A stretch of DNA of 64,000 nucleotides. Source: the human T2T-CHM13v2.0 reference genome, Homo sapiens. This document shows positions 1 through 13,785 of the stretch, piece after piece. Under the pieces are notes generated by a model. That model was not told the DNA's origin and did not search any database. It saw nothing but the letters and a program-made list of their open reading frames with translations. The translations under genes were made by a program, and so were the position numbers. The DNA is taken from assembly GCF_009914755.1 (NCBI RefSeq), contig NC_060939.1; one strand, written 5' to 3'. Position 1 is the first letter of the stretch. Every line of letters starts with the position of its first letter.

Positions 1-536
1 AGACAGAGGGCAGAAAGGAAGATAACTGGTAAAAGAAACAAAAGAGTTTACAGTTTGTCTTTTTGGTAAATATAATCACTTGTATACACTGGAGCTACAG
101 CAGCAAACACTTCACTCTTTAGGGAATTCTTAAAAGAAGTCTCATATATAAAATTGAGTTCAATATCAAGTAGAACAAGAAATTAGACCCAATCCTGTTT
201 TGATAACTACAGAAACAGCTATTACCAGCTTTAGCCTTCAATAATTTCACAATACAAATTAGGTAGTGCTAGCAACAGTAATGTCTCCAAAAATACCACA
301 ACAAGCACAAGTGAACTAAAAGCAAATTCTGGTACTTCTAATCTGCTGTGTTGTTAGCTTGGTGTTCCAAAGGGGTAGATATTTTTTAGGTTTAACACTA
401 TGGTTCTCTGGCTACTTTTAAAACTGAAAGTACTCTTCTTATAATATAAAGTAAACTTCTAATAATTTGTCCAAGAGATATCAAAATACAGTACCTATGT
501 TTTCATTTATGAAATTTTCTTGAAATATTTACTGCA

Positions 537-845
537 GTCTGGGCGTGGTGGCTCACCCCTGTAACCCCAGCACTTAGGGAGGACAAGGCGGGTGGATCAC
601 CTGAGGTCAGGATTTCAAGACCAGCCTAACCAATATGGCGAAACACCATCTCTACTAAAAATATAAAAAAAATTAGCCAGGTGTGTTGACGTGCGCCTGT
701 AGTCCCCGCTACTCAGGAAGCTGAGACAGGAGAACTGCTTGAGCAAGGCAGGCAGAGGCTGCAGTGAGCGAGGTCGTGCCACAACTCCAGCCTGGGTGAC
801 AGAGCAAGACTCAATCTCAAAGAAATAAATAAAAATAAAATAAAG
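537..845 (+). mobile_element. Alu (S/J)
   Basis: Full dimer with A-rich tail. Confidence 0.95.
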
Positions 846-1423
846 AAATATCTACTGCAAATAATACGTTTCATAAAATGCTTAATAAAAACTTTCAATA
901 CCACCATGAAAGCAATTAGAACATGAGGGTGTCTGAAGTAGATCATAGTAGTGTGATTACATTCAATATCTTTCTATAAGACGTGATGATACATACAGGG
1001 TAAATCATACAAGAAGACCTAAGATTATTATCTCAGAATTTCCTAATTAGAATGGGAATACAATTGTGCAATGAGAGAAATGGACTGAAGACAGAAATAA
1101 AAACAAATGTTATGATTTAATATGACAAATTTAAAATTTCCACTTTATTTTCCACCATTTTTAAAGAGCATTCCTTATAGTATTAATTTTAATGCATTTT
1201 TAAAAATCAGTAAGACAAGTAGCACATTTCTCTAGTTCAGGACTCCACTTTCAGGGTTACAGTTAAAGATGATCCTAGAAGTGCATTTTAATTGGTCTAG
1301 GGTAAGGTCATTAGCTTGATGTTCTAAAATCTACTGAGTTGATTACAATATGTGTCAGTGTCAATAACCACTTTCTTAAACCCAGGTCGCAAAGCACATA
1401 TACCTATAGAAATGTTGAAAATG

Positions 1424-1560
1424 GGCCAGGCGCTGTGGGGCTCACACCTGTAATCCCAGCACTCTGGGAGACCCGAGATGGGAGGATCACTTGAGGCCAG
1501 GACTTTGTAACCAGCCTGGTCTACACAGCAAGACCCCCATCTCTATAAAAAAATAAAAAA
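1424..1560 (+). mobile_element. FLAM / free left Alu monomer
   Basis: Left monomer followed by an A tail. Confidence 0.85.
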
Positions 1561-2339
1561 TATTTTTAAATGCTGAAAAATGAAATACTAAATTATTTAT
1601 GAATATATAACTTCAATAAAAGATGAGAAAATACAACTAGGTCATTAGGACAATTTGTATGAAACAATATCCAATTTGCTGTCTGTTACTTCTACCTTAT
1701 CATGTCTAATTTTTCCTCATCTTTGTGAAATCCTGCATCTACAATAGGCAAAAAAACAAAAAACAAAAGGAATCTTATTCTATTCACAGCCATCAGAAAA
1801 ATGTGTTACTATTCCTGTAGTCAGTTAGGTTCTAAATCATACATTTGAGATATATCTCAAACATGTCATAAAGAAAATAAGCATCATATTTCTAACTAAA
1901 TAGCACCTGAAATATTCCATATGAAAGGAAAAATACAAAAAACTAAACTTTTAATTACTAACCTCCTTAAAGGAAAATAATTCTATATGATTTGATATTT
2001 CATAATGGATGTCCAATACCTGAGATATAAATTCCATTTTCTGTGTCTTAACATCTCACCTTCAGAAAATCTCCAATATTGGGTTATTTGGATTATATAT
2101 TTAAAACTGAATATACTTGAAGATGTGAATGATTTGTTGCTGCAACAAATGGTTTAGCAATTATCTGCATTAAAATGTGTTCCATGAACAACAGAAAAAG
2201 AATATTTCTACTTCAGTCCTTAAAAATTGTGAAAGCACAGCCACAGTCTTAGTTTGTCGATCTTGAATTCTTCTGGTATTTTAATTTCACCAATAATTCT
2301 GGAACTGCTGTTTTTGTATTTCTCAAAATGTTTTGTCTT

Positions 2340-2588
2340 GCATCGTGCAATAAGGCAGCCACCATCATATGTGACCACCGAGCACTTCTAATGCAGCTAG
2401 CCAGAACTGATGTTTTAAGTATAAAGCATCTTGTTCACTTTTATACTAAATGCTGAAATATTGTTTTGAATATACCAGGTTAAATAAAATATATTAAAAT
2501 TTATTTCACCTTTTTTTTTAAGTGTAACTACTAGAAAATTTAAAATTACACATATGGTCTGCATCATATTTCTATTAGACAGCACTGG
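2340..2588 (+). mobile_element. MER3/MER33-type hAT MITE
   Basis: gcagccaccatcatatgtgacc...catcatatttctattagacagcactg. Confidence 0.65.
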
Positions 2589-4905
2589 CTCACCGTTCTA
2601 CTGGTTGGCTAGCTTGTACCTCCAGATAACATCTGATAATCCAATCACTAGCTATCACAAACTAGATCTTTCAGATGTTTCCTATTAAAATGTTTGTTTA
2701 ATTTTGAAGTGAATTCCTAGAAAAGCTCATATAATACTATTATAGAAAATCATTAAAATCAACTTAATAATTTGCCCACCATGAAACAGAACTTAAGGTA
2801 AATCTACATTTCTTTGGTTAGTATTTACTGTACTGGTAAAGACCAAAGAATTGGTAATGTTCAACAAAATATGAAAATGCCAGTGACTTTAACAAAAAAA
2901 TAGCTGGAAACCAAAGAATCTTGCTTATATCACAATCACAGCTAGGAAAATGCAGCTTATTTTACAGCCGGTCCCCAATGTGAAGAATATGTAGAAACAA
3001 CAGTAAATAAAAAAGGAAGTATAATACGGAAATGCCTAATATCAAAGAAATTCATGTAACAGAATACTGAACTTCAGTATTTCTAATATACGTATATACA
3101 CATTCCTGCTAACTGTAGAATATTTCCTGCAAGTTATGGTCCCAGTGCCTCACCAATGGAAGATCTATCTTGTACTATTCAATTCATACTCTCCCTAATA
3201 ACAGCACTATATTAGCAGGTTCATCATCAAGTGAAGGCTGTTTGCTAGATAACTAAAACCAAGATTGGAAAACTAAAAAGCTGGAGGGAGGGAAAACACA
3301 GCCTACAAAATGCTTACAAGATTAGCAGCAATTGATGAAGTAGTAACAAGAGGGGCAGAAAAACAGAAAGATTATCATCGGATTTGGGAATTCAAAGGCA
3401 GCTCAACAAAATACTAGGACATGGCTCATATAAGATGGAATAAGCCTGGAAATACACCCCCCTCCCCAATATTTCAGAACATAAAGTCTACAGAAAGAGA
3501 GTCCTAATGTATTGAACCTGGTTTCTCAATTGAAACAAAAGTCTTCAAGGAAGGAGAGATACGCAAAATTTAACAGGAATATATATGAAGCAGTATCTTT
3601 AAAGAATGTAAATATATCAACCAAAAGTAAACTTGAGATTCAAATTTCCATTGCTAAAGTATTTTCAGTTAGAATGACATAATTATTATATAACTACTCA
3701 AAACAAAACAAAACTTACTGGAAAAAAGAACAACTGGTTTGAGAAGAAAAACTTTTCATGGTAGAGCAGAAATAACTGTCAAAGAGAAAATACTTAGAAA
3801 AAGTCATATATAAAGAGTGGCCTAGTTTTACTGCACACGTCTTTGCCATGCAGAAACAGCTAAATCCCATCTGACAACTACTTTCCCTTTCGTGTACCTT
3901 GTCTTTAGAGAATAAAATATATCTGGGTTTGATATAGAGGAGACTAATTTTCACATTAAAAATGATTTTCTTAAAAGCCTGGCCTTACAGTTTAAAAATT
4001 ATACGATTAAAATCAAGATATTATTCCTATAAAAAGCCAAACTTTAATCCATTTAAATCATGAAACTTAAAACTTCACTTGAAGCAATTTCAATCATGAA
4101 ACTTAAAACTCCAAATTACTATTGTGAATTAACACTTCTCCACTATTTATCTTGCAATTTTAAAAAACACTTCAGAAAGTAGCAAATTTGTAAAACAATA
4201 AATAATTTGTACCTATAGTATCCTCATTTTGCCATGCAGTTTTACTTAAATCTCACTTAGAAATGGAACTCATTCTTAAAGGGTAGAATGTACATGATGT
4301 AAAGCAGACACAGGAAGATTTATCTTTACTTACTGAGAATCAATAGTACAATTCTAAGATTTTTTCCATGAAACTACTGAAATAAGTCCTACTTGAAAAA
4401 AGAAATCCCACAAGAGTTAGCAATTAATAAAAACACCAAAATGAGAAATTCCCCAGCATGGAAAATTCCTGTCATAAATGTTGATGTTTATCCAGTTAAA
4501 AATATATACAATGAATAATATCAATAAATAAATATATTAGAAGGAAATAATAGATGTTAGTTACTGTACACCCAAAACTATACTGTATTTTAGGCTCTAT
4601 ATTTACTGCAGCACAGAACTAAAAGAATTTTAAAGCTCTTTCTATTAGAAACTATTATCAATAGGTTGCATCTTTATGACCCAGCTGAGTTGAAATTCCA
4701 AATAAGATCCCTTCAAATTTAATAAATGGCATTCTTCATTAACAGCATTTAAAAAATAATGGCTGAAACATATAATCAACATTACACTGAAGTTCTATCT
4801 GAAGACAGAAAAAGTTGCCATCCACACCAAAGCTACACATATACCTTCTGATTTTATAGAATTGTTCCAATATCTTTTCAGTCAATATCATTAAAATCAC
4901 CCTAC

Positions 4906-5624
4906 CTGTTTGGACCGAGGTCTACTAGGAGAAAATTTTCTCTTAGTAATAGCTGGTTTACCCATGCCAATTTTTGGAGTGACTGAGATGTAAGTTGTTG
5001 GCATGATGTTTCCAGCAGAGGAACTAAGAGCTGAAGGGTAATTATGCAGCATGTCATGTGAAGGCAAGTCTGAAGAAGGTGTTGGTGAGGAAGACACATC
5101 TGCCTTGCTTATGTCTGCTGATAATGAAAATGATGACTCTGTCTCAGATGATAACTTTATAGATTTGCCTCCTTGGTATGAAACATCTTTCACACAACCC
5201 TCAATTGTAGGAGTCATTTCAGAGTCCATCAATCCAGTAGAAAGTTCAGAATCTTCTTTCTGTTCCTTTTCTCCTTGTAGCCTTTCTATAACCAACTGTT
5301 CCTCAGGACATAATGAAGTGCTTTCCTCATGTGGGGACACTAAGGTTTCTAGTGGAAGAGTGACAGATTCAATGACAAATTTTGGAGGCCTTGATTCTTC
5401 TTTGGATACCACTGTTTTAGGTTCCTCTAACAACTGCAGTTGCTCTTGCTGCACAGTGATCTGGTGTGTAACGACTTCAATGTTTTCTGTCACTTCCATT
5501 TTATCTTCAATTTGATCTTCGCCACAAATATGCTTCACTTCAGAAGACATTTTCATTTCTTCACTATCAGTCTCATTAGAAATCTGTTTTTCCAATTCGG
5601 TATTCACTGTATGTTGGGATGATA
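4906..5624 (-). pseudogene. KMT2C: KMT2C exon 14 paralog (SSQHTVNTELEKQ...KRKFSPSRPRSKQ), acceptor mutated
   Basis: Lies within ORF 4897..5700; 240 codons without indel; donor CAG|gtaggg with GT at 4904-4905; the bases upstream of 5624 read ttgtaa rather than ttgtag. Confidence 0.92.
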
Positions 5625-6332
5625 TTACAAAATTCAGAACATTTGTTATGGTAATGTACAAACAAATTTTAAATTTTCTAACTATAGATATATAAAACAT
5701 TTGGCTACACTAGAACTTAAATCAGAAGGTATTCATCAAAGCAGACAATTATTAAGTGAATGAAAGCCAAAGTACACAAGGATTTATGGATTAGAATCAG
5801 CCACACACCAGAAAACCTAATGAAAACATGTTTTACAACACAAGTACTTCCAAATGGATTGAAAATTACGCAGGAAAAGTTCTCATACTCATTTTTTAGT
5901 TAAGAAAATGAGGATCAATCATGTTATGTGAGGTACCTAAGTTAAAAAGTAAAGACTGATCTAGAATGTGTAGGCATTTTCTAATAGTAGATACCCAGAT
6001 GCGACAAAGTTACTATAGACTCAAAAGCACAGACAGAAAAGATTTGCTAACCACCAATATTTATTTTGCTTAACCATACCTGCCAACCTAGCCAAAATAT
6101 TCTTTGGATATAATCGTTGTTCTTCATCATTGTCTGTAAATTAAAAGACTAATCTCAGGAAATCTATAAACTTAGATATCAGAAACATAGTCACCGGTAA
6201 ATTTTAAATCAGGATACCAGTATGTTAAACATTTAACTCAATCTCATCAAGGTAATTTTTAAGTTATAGTAAAAAGACACTGCTAGCCTCATTTACAAAT
6301 CAGTGACTAAAATTTATCTATTTATCTATGTT

Positions 6333-6571
<239 letters not shown>

Positions 6572-7048
6572 TGAAATCTCATCTTCTTTCCCACTTTATT
6601 GAAAGACTACAGGTAAGGATAAAAGAAAACTACCAAATAACAGATCTGATGGTACAAAATATTTTTAATCATGATATCCCCCTCCAAAAAAAAAAAAAAG
6701 GCTTTCAAGAGAAACTAACATACTTTAGATCCATTGTCAATTCTTTTCCAGAATCTCTTAACTAAAAGATGTAGTTACTGTAATGTATATACATACAGCA
6801 ATTGCAAAAATGTCTTTGGGATAAAGACATTATCTTATAACTCAATCAAATTAGACAATATGAACATACTGCTTACCAGCAATGAGAAGACTATCTGTGT
6901 CCTCTATACCCTCAGTGTAGGGAAAAGCTTTCTGAATATGACTCAAAAATCCAGAAGCAAAAGAAGATTAATAAATCTAACTCCACAAAAAGAAACTTTT
7001 GCATGGCAAAAAAAAATAATAAAAACAAAGTCAAAAGACACATAATAC

Positions 7049-7246
7049 AGCCTGGATAACATGGTGAGACCCTGTCTCTACAAAAGTAAAAAATTAGCTG
7101 GGCTTCGTGGTACACATAACTCCTAGCTAACTCGGGAGGCTGAGGCAGGAAGATTGCTTGAGCCCAGGTCAAGGCTACAGTGAACTATGACCATACCAAT
7201 GTACTATGGCCGGGGTGACAGGGTGAGACACTGTCTCACACAAATA

Positions 7247-7280
<34 letters not shown>
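7049..7280 (+). mobile_element. 5'-truncated AluJ with ~30-nt poly-A
   Basis: cagcctggataacatggtgagaccctgtctctac...poly-A. Confidence 0.88.
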
Positions 7281-7281
<1 letters not shown>

Positions 7282-8421
7282 AAGCTAGCAGAAAGTATCT
7301 GCATCATGTAACACATATAAAGGCTTACATCCCTAACTTATAAAGAACTCTTAAATTTAGGGAAAAATGCCAAAATCTTCAATAACAGGCAAAACACATG
7401 AACAGACAATTCATGAGAAGAAATAAAAACTGACCCTTAAACACATGAAAAAACGATCGACTTCACTCTTAGGATAAACAAAAATTAAAACTACATTGAT
7501 ACACTACTTTTAACCCAGAAGACAGACAAACATTCAAAAGCTAAACAAGTCATCCCGTTAGCAAAGACGTAGGAAAAGTTCTCTCACACATCTCTGGTGG
7601 CAATGCAAAGTACCATAAGCCCCAAAAAAGGGAATTTCACAGTATCTAACAAAGCTACATATGTGTACACTCCTGAGGCAATAATCCTAGGAATTTACCC
7701 TACAGATTTGTCCCTGAGAATTCAAAAACACACATGCACAAAGCCAGGGAGTGTAAAATCATTTATAATGCAAAATATCATAAACTACTGAAATACCAAA
7801 GCACAGGCCACTGGTTGAGTAACCGATAGCACAGATACACAATGGAGTGCTATGCAGCTGTTTAAAAGGAGAATGAGATCTCTTGAACTTGCCTAACTTG
7901 CCTGGAAGTGATTTCCAGATTTTATTACATGAAAAAAGCAACATGCAAAAGAACATATACAACATGCTACCTTCACTGAAAGAGCAATATATCCTCTTAT
8001 TCTTAGATGAAAAATAACAGGAGGTTTAAAACAGAAAACAATGAAGTTAGTTACTTCCAAGAGGCTGGGGGAAATGCGGTATAAGTAATAAACAAGAGAC
8101 AGTGACAATTCTGAGCAAAATTTCATATAGTTTTGAAAGTATACTAATACCTTCTATATTTAAAAAATTAAATCACTAAGAAAAAGGGGAATAAAATCTA
8201 TTACTGAGAGCAAACTGAAGCAGACTTGCTTTTTAGATTGAGCAACTGAATAAATGTGCTGTTCTACAACCCAGTATTTTTATTGTAGAAGAACAGACAT
8301 GCAAGAATGAAAAGGCAAAGAACTCAGTGGAGAAGGATAAGAACTGGAGGTGCTGGTATAAATTCATTATTTCTAAGTTATGTATATGTATATGAATATT
8401 TATGTATATATACATAACGTG

Positions 8422-8519
8422 TAGGGGTGTTCAATCTTTTGGCTTTCCTGGACCACATTGAAAGAAGAATCGTCTTGGGCCACACACAAGATACACTAAC
8501 AGTAATGACAGCTGATGAG

Positions 8520-8583
<64 letters not shown>

Positions 8584-8688
8584 GAACACCTCATAATGTT
8601 TTAAGAAATTTTATGAATTTCTGTTGGGCCACATTCAAAGCCATCCTGGACCACGTGTAGCCTGTGGGCCATGGGTTGGACAAACTTC
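8422..8688 (+). mobile_element. MER30 hAT MITE with internal (CA)n and poly-A
   Basis: aggggtgttcaatcttttggctttcctgg...gggttggacaaactt; (CA)~21 at 8522-8564. Confidence 0.85.
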
Positions 8689-9191
8689 TGTAAGTGTATA
8701 CACATGCATGTATTTCGTGACACCACCTGCTGAAAGGGTGAAGAAGTAAACACCCTCCAGTAGCAATGAGCACACCCGGCACCCATTCCCCACTAAAGGA
8801 ATCTGGGTTACTTATTTAACAATGGACTTATTCTAGGACTCGGGCATGGGAGGTATAAGATGAGCTTGTAACATCTTGTTACACCAAAAAGTAATGAAGT
8901 GTTCAAAAAAGCGGTGAGGGCAGAACACCAGTGCCAGCTTGAAGGAGCAACTGACAGCAAGTATGTGACTATTTGAGCCAAAAAATAATTAGGTAATGAG
9001 TTGTAAATGATTGAAGATAATAGGAGTTCATGAGTCAATATTAATAGTAAGCTTAACATGTGAAAGAAGTGTTCTTGCTTACAAAAGAAAGCAGAGGGCT
9101 AACTGGTAAATGTGGTGGGAGTGCTAGACCTGGAAATGCATCATTTGCAACCAAAAGAAAGTATGTTAAAATGGCATCATCAGGCAGTAAG

Positions 9192-9526
<335 letters not shown>

Positions 9527-10659
9527 TAAGTTTTTCAAATCTAGAAGGAAATTCTGAGGAAAGCAAGATATTTGCATGGTCTTAAAGTATCCTCACATAC
9601 TGCTTTATTAGATACAAAGGAGGGGGGAATAGAAATTGGGCAACAGCCTGACCAGGTGATTCTCATGAGGGAAAGTGGAATAATATGTGCTTCCAGTTGT
9701 GATACCCTGAGGATGGATCAGCATTTTGCAGTATTCTGGTCAATAATGCATGCCTCTCATCTAATTATAAGGGGTTATCAAAAACAAAATGGGGAAATTT
9801 CTGTTTGAAAAAAGAAAAAAACAAGTATATCGAGAAGAACTCTATTCTTCAAAAATACCAATGACAAAAACTAAATCCTAGAACCTACTTGGAGGAAGGG
9901 GTAGATTATGAGGGACATAAGATCAAATGACATAACTGTAATATGGCTGGTACATTAGATAAACATACGGCATTGATGTAAGTTTAGGAATTTGATAGCA
10001 GGATAGTGATTTTTAAAGAATCTTCCTACTATTAAGAAATACATGCTGAAATGGTGGTAAAAAGGCACAATGTATGTAATTAATCCTCAAATAGTAGGGG
10101 GTTGGGGGAATAGAGACACACAGACACACACACATACACACACACACACACACACAGAGAATGTGAGAGAGGGCATGCCCAATGATAATGAAATGCTAAC
10201 AACAGATATATCTAAGTAAATGGGATATGGGTATTATTTTTATTTTTTCCAACTTTTAGAGTTTGAACTTATTTTCAAGTAAAAACTTTCTAAAAACGCA
10301 TAACATACCAAAGAACAGACATTCTTGAGATAAAAATAGGAAAAAGAAACCTATCTGACAATGACTGGTTTACAATAAAGATCCTGAAAAGATCAACCCC
10401 ACTCCAGCTCACCAGGGAGCAGCCCCAAACTAGACTGACAGCCCCGTGGGGGCACACTGATTTGCCCCAACATCTCCAGCCTTCACTACAGTGGTGTTCG
10501 CACACAGTAAACACTCAAATGTTAAATGCAAACAAATGAGCAAATTATGACTCAAGACTACAGAGAGAACTACAGAAGAATTCAACAGCAGAGAAAGATG
10601 ATCATTCTTCAAATGGTTCAAAGGACAAACCTTTCAATCCATGAAAAACTCTATGGTAA

Positions 10660-10870
10660 CTGTTTCTGTACTTACTTTGTGTTAGGCATTGTGCTGGGCA
10701 CTTTATAGATACCACTTCATTAAATCCAACATCCCTGTGAGGTAAGTACCGTTAACCTTCTATACACTGACTTAGGGAAGTTAAACAGGTAGCCAAAGAT
10801 CATCAATTTAGTAACTGAAAAAACTGCAGTTTGACTCCACAGCATAAGCTTTTAACCACCACACTATAGT
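10660..10870 (-). mobile_element. MIR
   Basis: ggcattgtgctgggcacttta...ccctgtgaggtaagtac...gcttttaaccaccacacta. Confidence 0.7.
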
Positions 10871-13174
10871 GCCTTCATAGAACAGAATAAAAAGATTAAG
10901 TATCCAATAGTATTCCCAGAAATTATGTAATCCTGTCACTCTCAAAAGAGAATAGCAGATTACAAAGAGCAAATCGAAAAGAAGCACACCAAAGGGGAGA
11001 CAGAACAAGCTGAGAAAGACACCCAGAATTCTCTACCAGTTCTCAAGACAATGAAAACCATAATAAAGAAGATTAAGAACAAGAGACAAAAATTATCCAG
11101 TAGTTACTAGATATTATTAGAGAGTGTAAAGAAGGTAATTTTTTAAGTAAATATATTTTTTTAAAAAGGTGCTGGGGTGGGGGGTGGAGGCGGGGATGGG
11201 GATTCACACATCTCCCAAAGCTTTCAGGAAGAAAAAAAGGATTATGATTAAATTTTTTCAAGTTAAGATTTTTCTCGTGACAGCATAAACTGAAAAAACT
11301 GAAGAAAATGTTTTGAGAGTATAAAAAAGAAAAATTTGTAATATGAAACATTATACTGTGCCAAGTTCTTATAGCCTAAAAGGAACAGTCTCTTTCCGAC
11401 ATGTAGGGTTTCAAAAAATTTATAATTATTTTTAAAGGATCACAACCAAGACTCCGAAAGATTGAGGGTAAAGTTGGAATTAACAGAGGAAATATATTTT
11501 TGCAAGAAAACTGTGACAAGGTTTACAATCTAGGTTAATCGAATCAAACAGAGAAAAGGGGAATAAAAACTTTATTGTCAGTGGGGAATGGGAGAAAATT
11601 TATATCTTTAATATTTATAATCATTTACATTCACAAAATGAGATTCTGAATTATAAATCATTGCAGGAAGTAAAAGAAGAGAAAAAATAGAAAGAAAAGA
11701 AAAATTTTGCCTTAAAACAGCCAAGCATTTCAATTACAACCGTCAATCCAAACAGTTACCTCTATTAAGCTTTTCAAAAGATACATTTTTATAACACAAA
11801 AGAATCCAAAATAAGATGTGAAAAGATAATCATTCAACTGTTAAACTAACACCCTACGTGGCCATAGTGTCAGGCAAAGCAAAATACCTGCCTTTCCTGA
11901 TCCCTCAACAAAAAACACATTACATAGAATAAAGAACAATTTTATACTGGTAAAAAACACAATATATTAACACTGGCCTGACCTACTTGCTAAATAACAG
12001 CCACAAATTATTTGTTTAAAAATATGATAAATTGATAGGAACAATTAATAGTGGTCAATTGTAACTTGTTGAATCAACAAGTCAAAAAATAAGGTAAAAG
12101 GACTTCATCTAACTAAATGAAATTAATAAACACAAATGCTACACCTTTAAAAAGTCAATACTTCAAGTATCAAACATTTATTTTAAAAAACCTACCTTAG
12201 TTAAATTCTCTGATTAAATGAAATGTAAGCATAAATTAACATACTTCAGCACAACTTAAAAAAAACATAAAGTTATTCGCTAAGGTATATACATACATAA
12301 AGTTACAAATACAATAAACTTGGCTTCAGTCAAAGCTATAGCCTAAGGTAAACTTATAGTCTTAAATGTCCTTTTTCCTTAGGAAAGAAAATGAATTACA
12401 AATTCAACTTCATATTAAAAGTAAAAAGGCAAGTAGAGGAACTGAGTGAAGATAAGAGTGTAAATATACAAATCAGTCAAACAGCAGAGTTTTTCCTTTC
12501 CAATGATGTCATTCAGCAAGAGAAGGAATCTGAACTGCCTGAGGAAGCAGGCCAGAGTTCATCACAATCCTTCAGCCCTCAGGTCCCACTTCCCAGGTAG
12601 CCACAGCTGAGCACAGTTACCCAGCAGCTCTTTTTCCCCCCAGGAGAGAAAGCCCCTCCCCTCAACCCCCACCACTCAGGCAGATGCCTAGTAGAACTTG
12701 CTGAAGAGGACAACAGAACCTGGTAATACTGTTTGCAGTTCTAGGTGCCAAACCTCACTGGCGAGGACAGGGTGCAGGTACAGAATCTCTCTGCGTCTGC
12801 TCCCACCTCCTCCCCACGCCAGGGACCTGGGGTTCTGGCCACATCACCCTCCTTTCCCAGGCCCTCCACCTCCTCCCTAGAAAAAGCAGTTCCGAGAAGG
12901 GCAATGACAATGCTGTGCCTTCCACGCCCGCACACGGGCCATCACGCCCTCTCCAGCTCCAGGGAGAACCCGCTCCAGGCCCATGCAGCACCTGAGGGTC
13001 ATCTCCATCCCTCAACCTCGCGACACCAGCAGCCCAGGAAGACTAAGCTTAAAAGCTAAACCGCACCTTGGATTCCAAGGGCTATGTCCACTACCCCACT
13101 GCCCCCAACCCGGCTCTGAACGCCTCACCCTGAAGGGGCAGAAGCCAAGTGAGGTAGGAAGTTAGTTAATGAGT

Positions 13175-13580
13175 TCATCGGCATTTTTTATAATAGCTCA
13201 AAATTTTGAAGGACCCAAATGTTCACCAACAGGTGATTCAATACACAAATTGTGGTATCTCCAGCACTCGGTAATACAAAAGAATCACTACTGATCTGTG
13301 CAGCAATAGGGATGCATTTCAAAATAATTACACTGAGTTAAAGAAGCCAGACCAAAAACGAGTATATACTATATGAAGCTTTTATTAAAAATTCTAGGAA
13401 GTGAATACTAATCTATAGTGAAAAAGCAGACTAGGAAGACAGAGGGTTTGGGTTTGAACAGCCACAAAGCAAGCCAAGAGGCACCAGGAAACTTTGACGG
13501 TGATGACTATGTTCATTATCTTGAAGAGTGTACAGTTTACTGTATGTCAGTTATATGTCAATAAAGCTGTTTTTAAAAAG
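13175..13580 (+). mobile_element. L1ME-type 3' end fragment
   Basis: cccaaatgttcaccaacaggtga...aaagaagccagaccaaaaacgagtatatact...ttatatgtcaataaagctg. Confidence 0.7.
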
Positions 13581-13670
13581 CTGATGGTAATGTATAGATT
13601 TGAATAGATATCCGATTTGTCTGTTCTCCATATAAAACATACAGAGGATTTAAAAAAGTAAACAACTTAC

Positions 13671-13785
13671 TTTGCATTTCCAGCCATTGGTTGGTACAGA
13701 TTTCGTAATTCGTTGAAGACAAAAAGTATGATACCCTTTGTCACACGTATCACACACTAGCATCTTGCTATCTTCTCCCGATTGT
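13671..13785 (-). pseudogene. KMT2C: KMT2C exon 9 paralog (PHD3 part, QSGEDSKMLVCDTCDKGYHTFCLQRITKSVPTNGWKCK)
   Basis: Translated by hand (not in the ORF track); tttag acceptor with AG at 13786-13787, gtaagt donor at 13665-13670; 115 bp. LQRIT replaces recalled KMT2C LQPVM. Confidence 0.92.

Noticed and set aside
1-4896. KMT2C exon 15 paralog
   Set aside because: No matching peptide seen; expected further downstream, outside the window.
5051-5515. 154-aa Ser-rich plus-strand ORF
   Set aside because: Antisense shadow of the exon-14 paralog.
12502-12533. Box C (atgatg) and box D (ctga) pair suggesting a C/D snoRNA
   Set aside because: Only ~30 nt apart, imperfect C box and no terminal stem.
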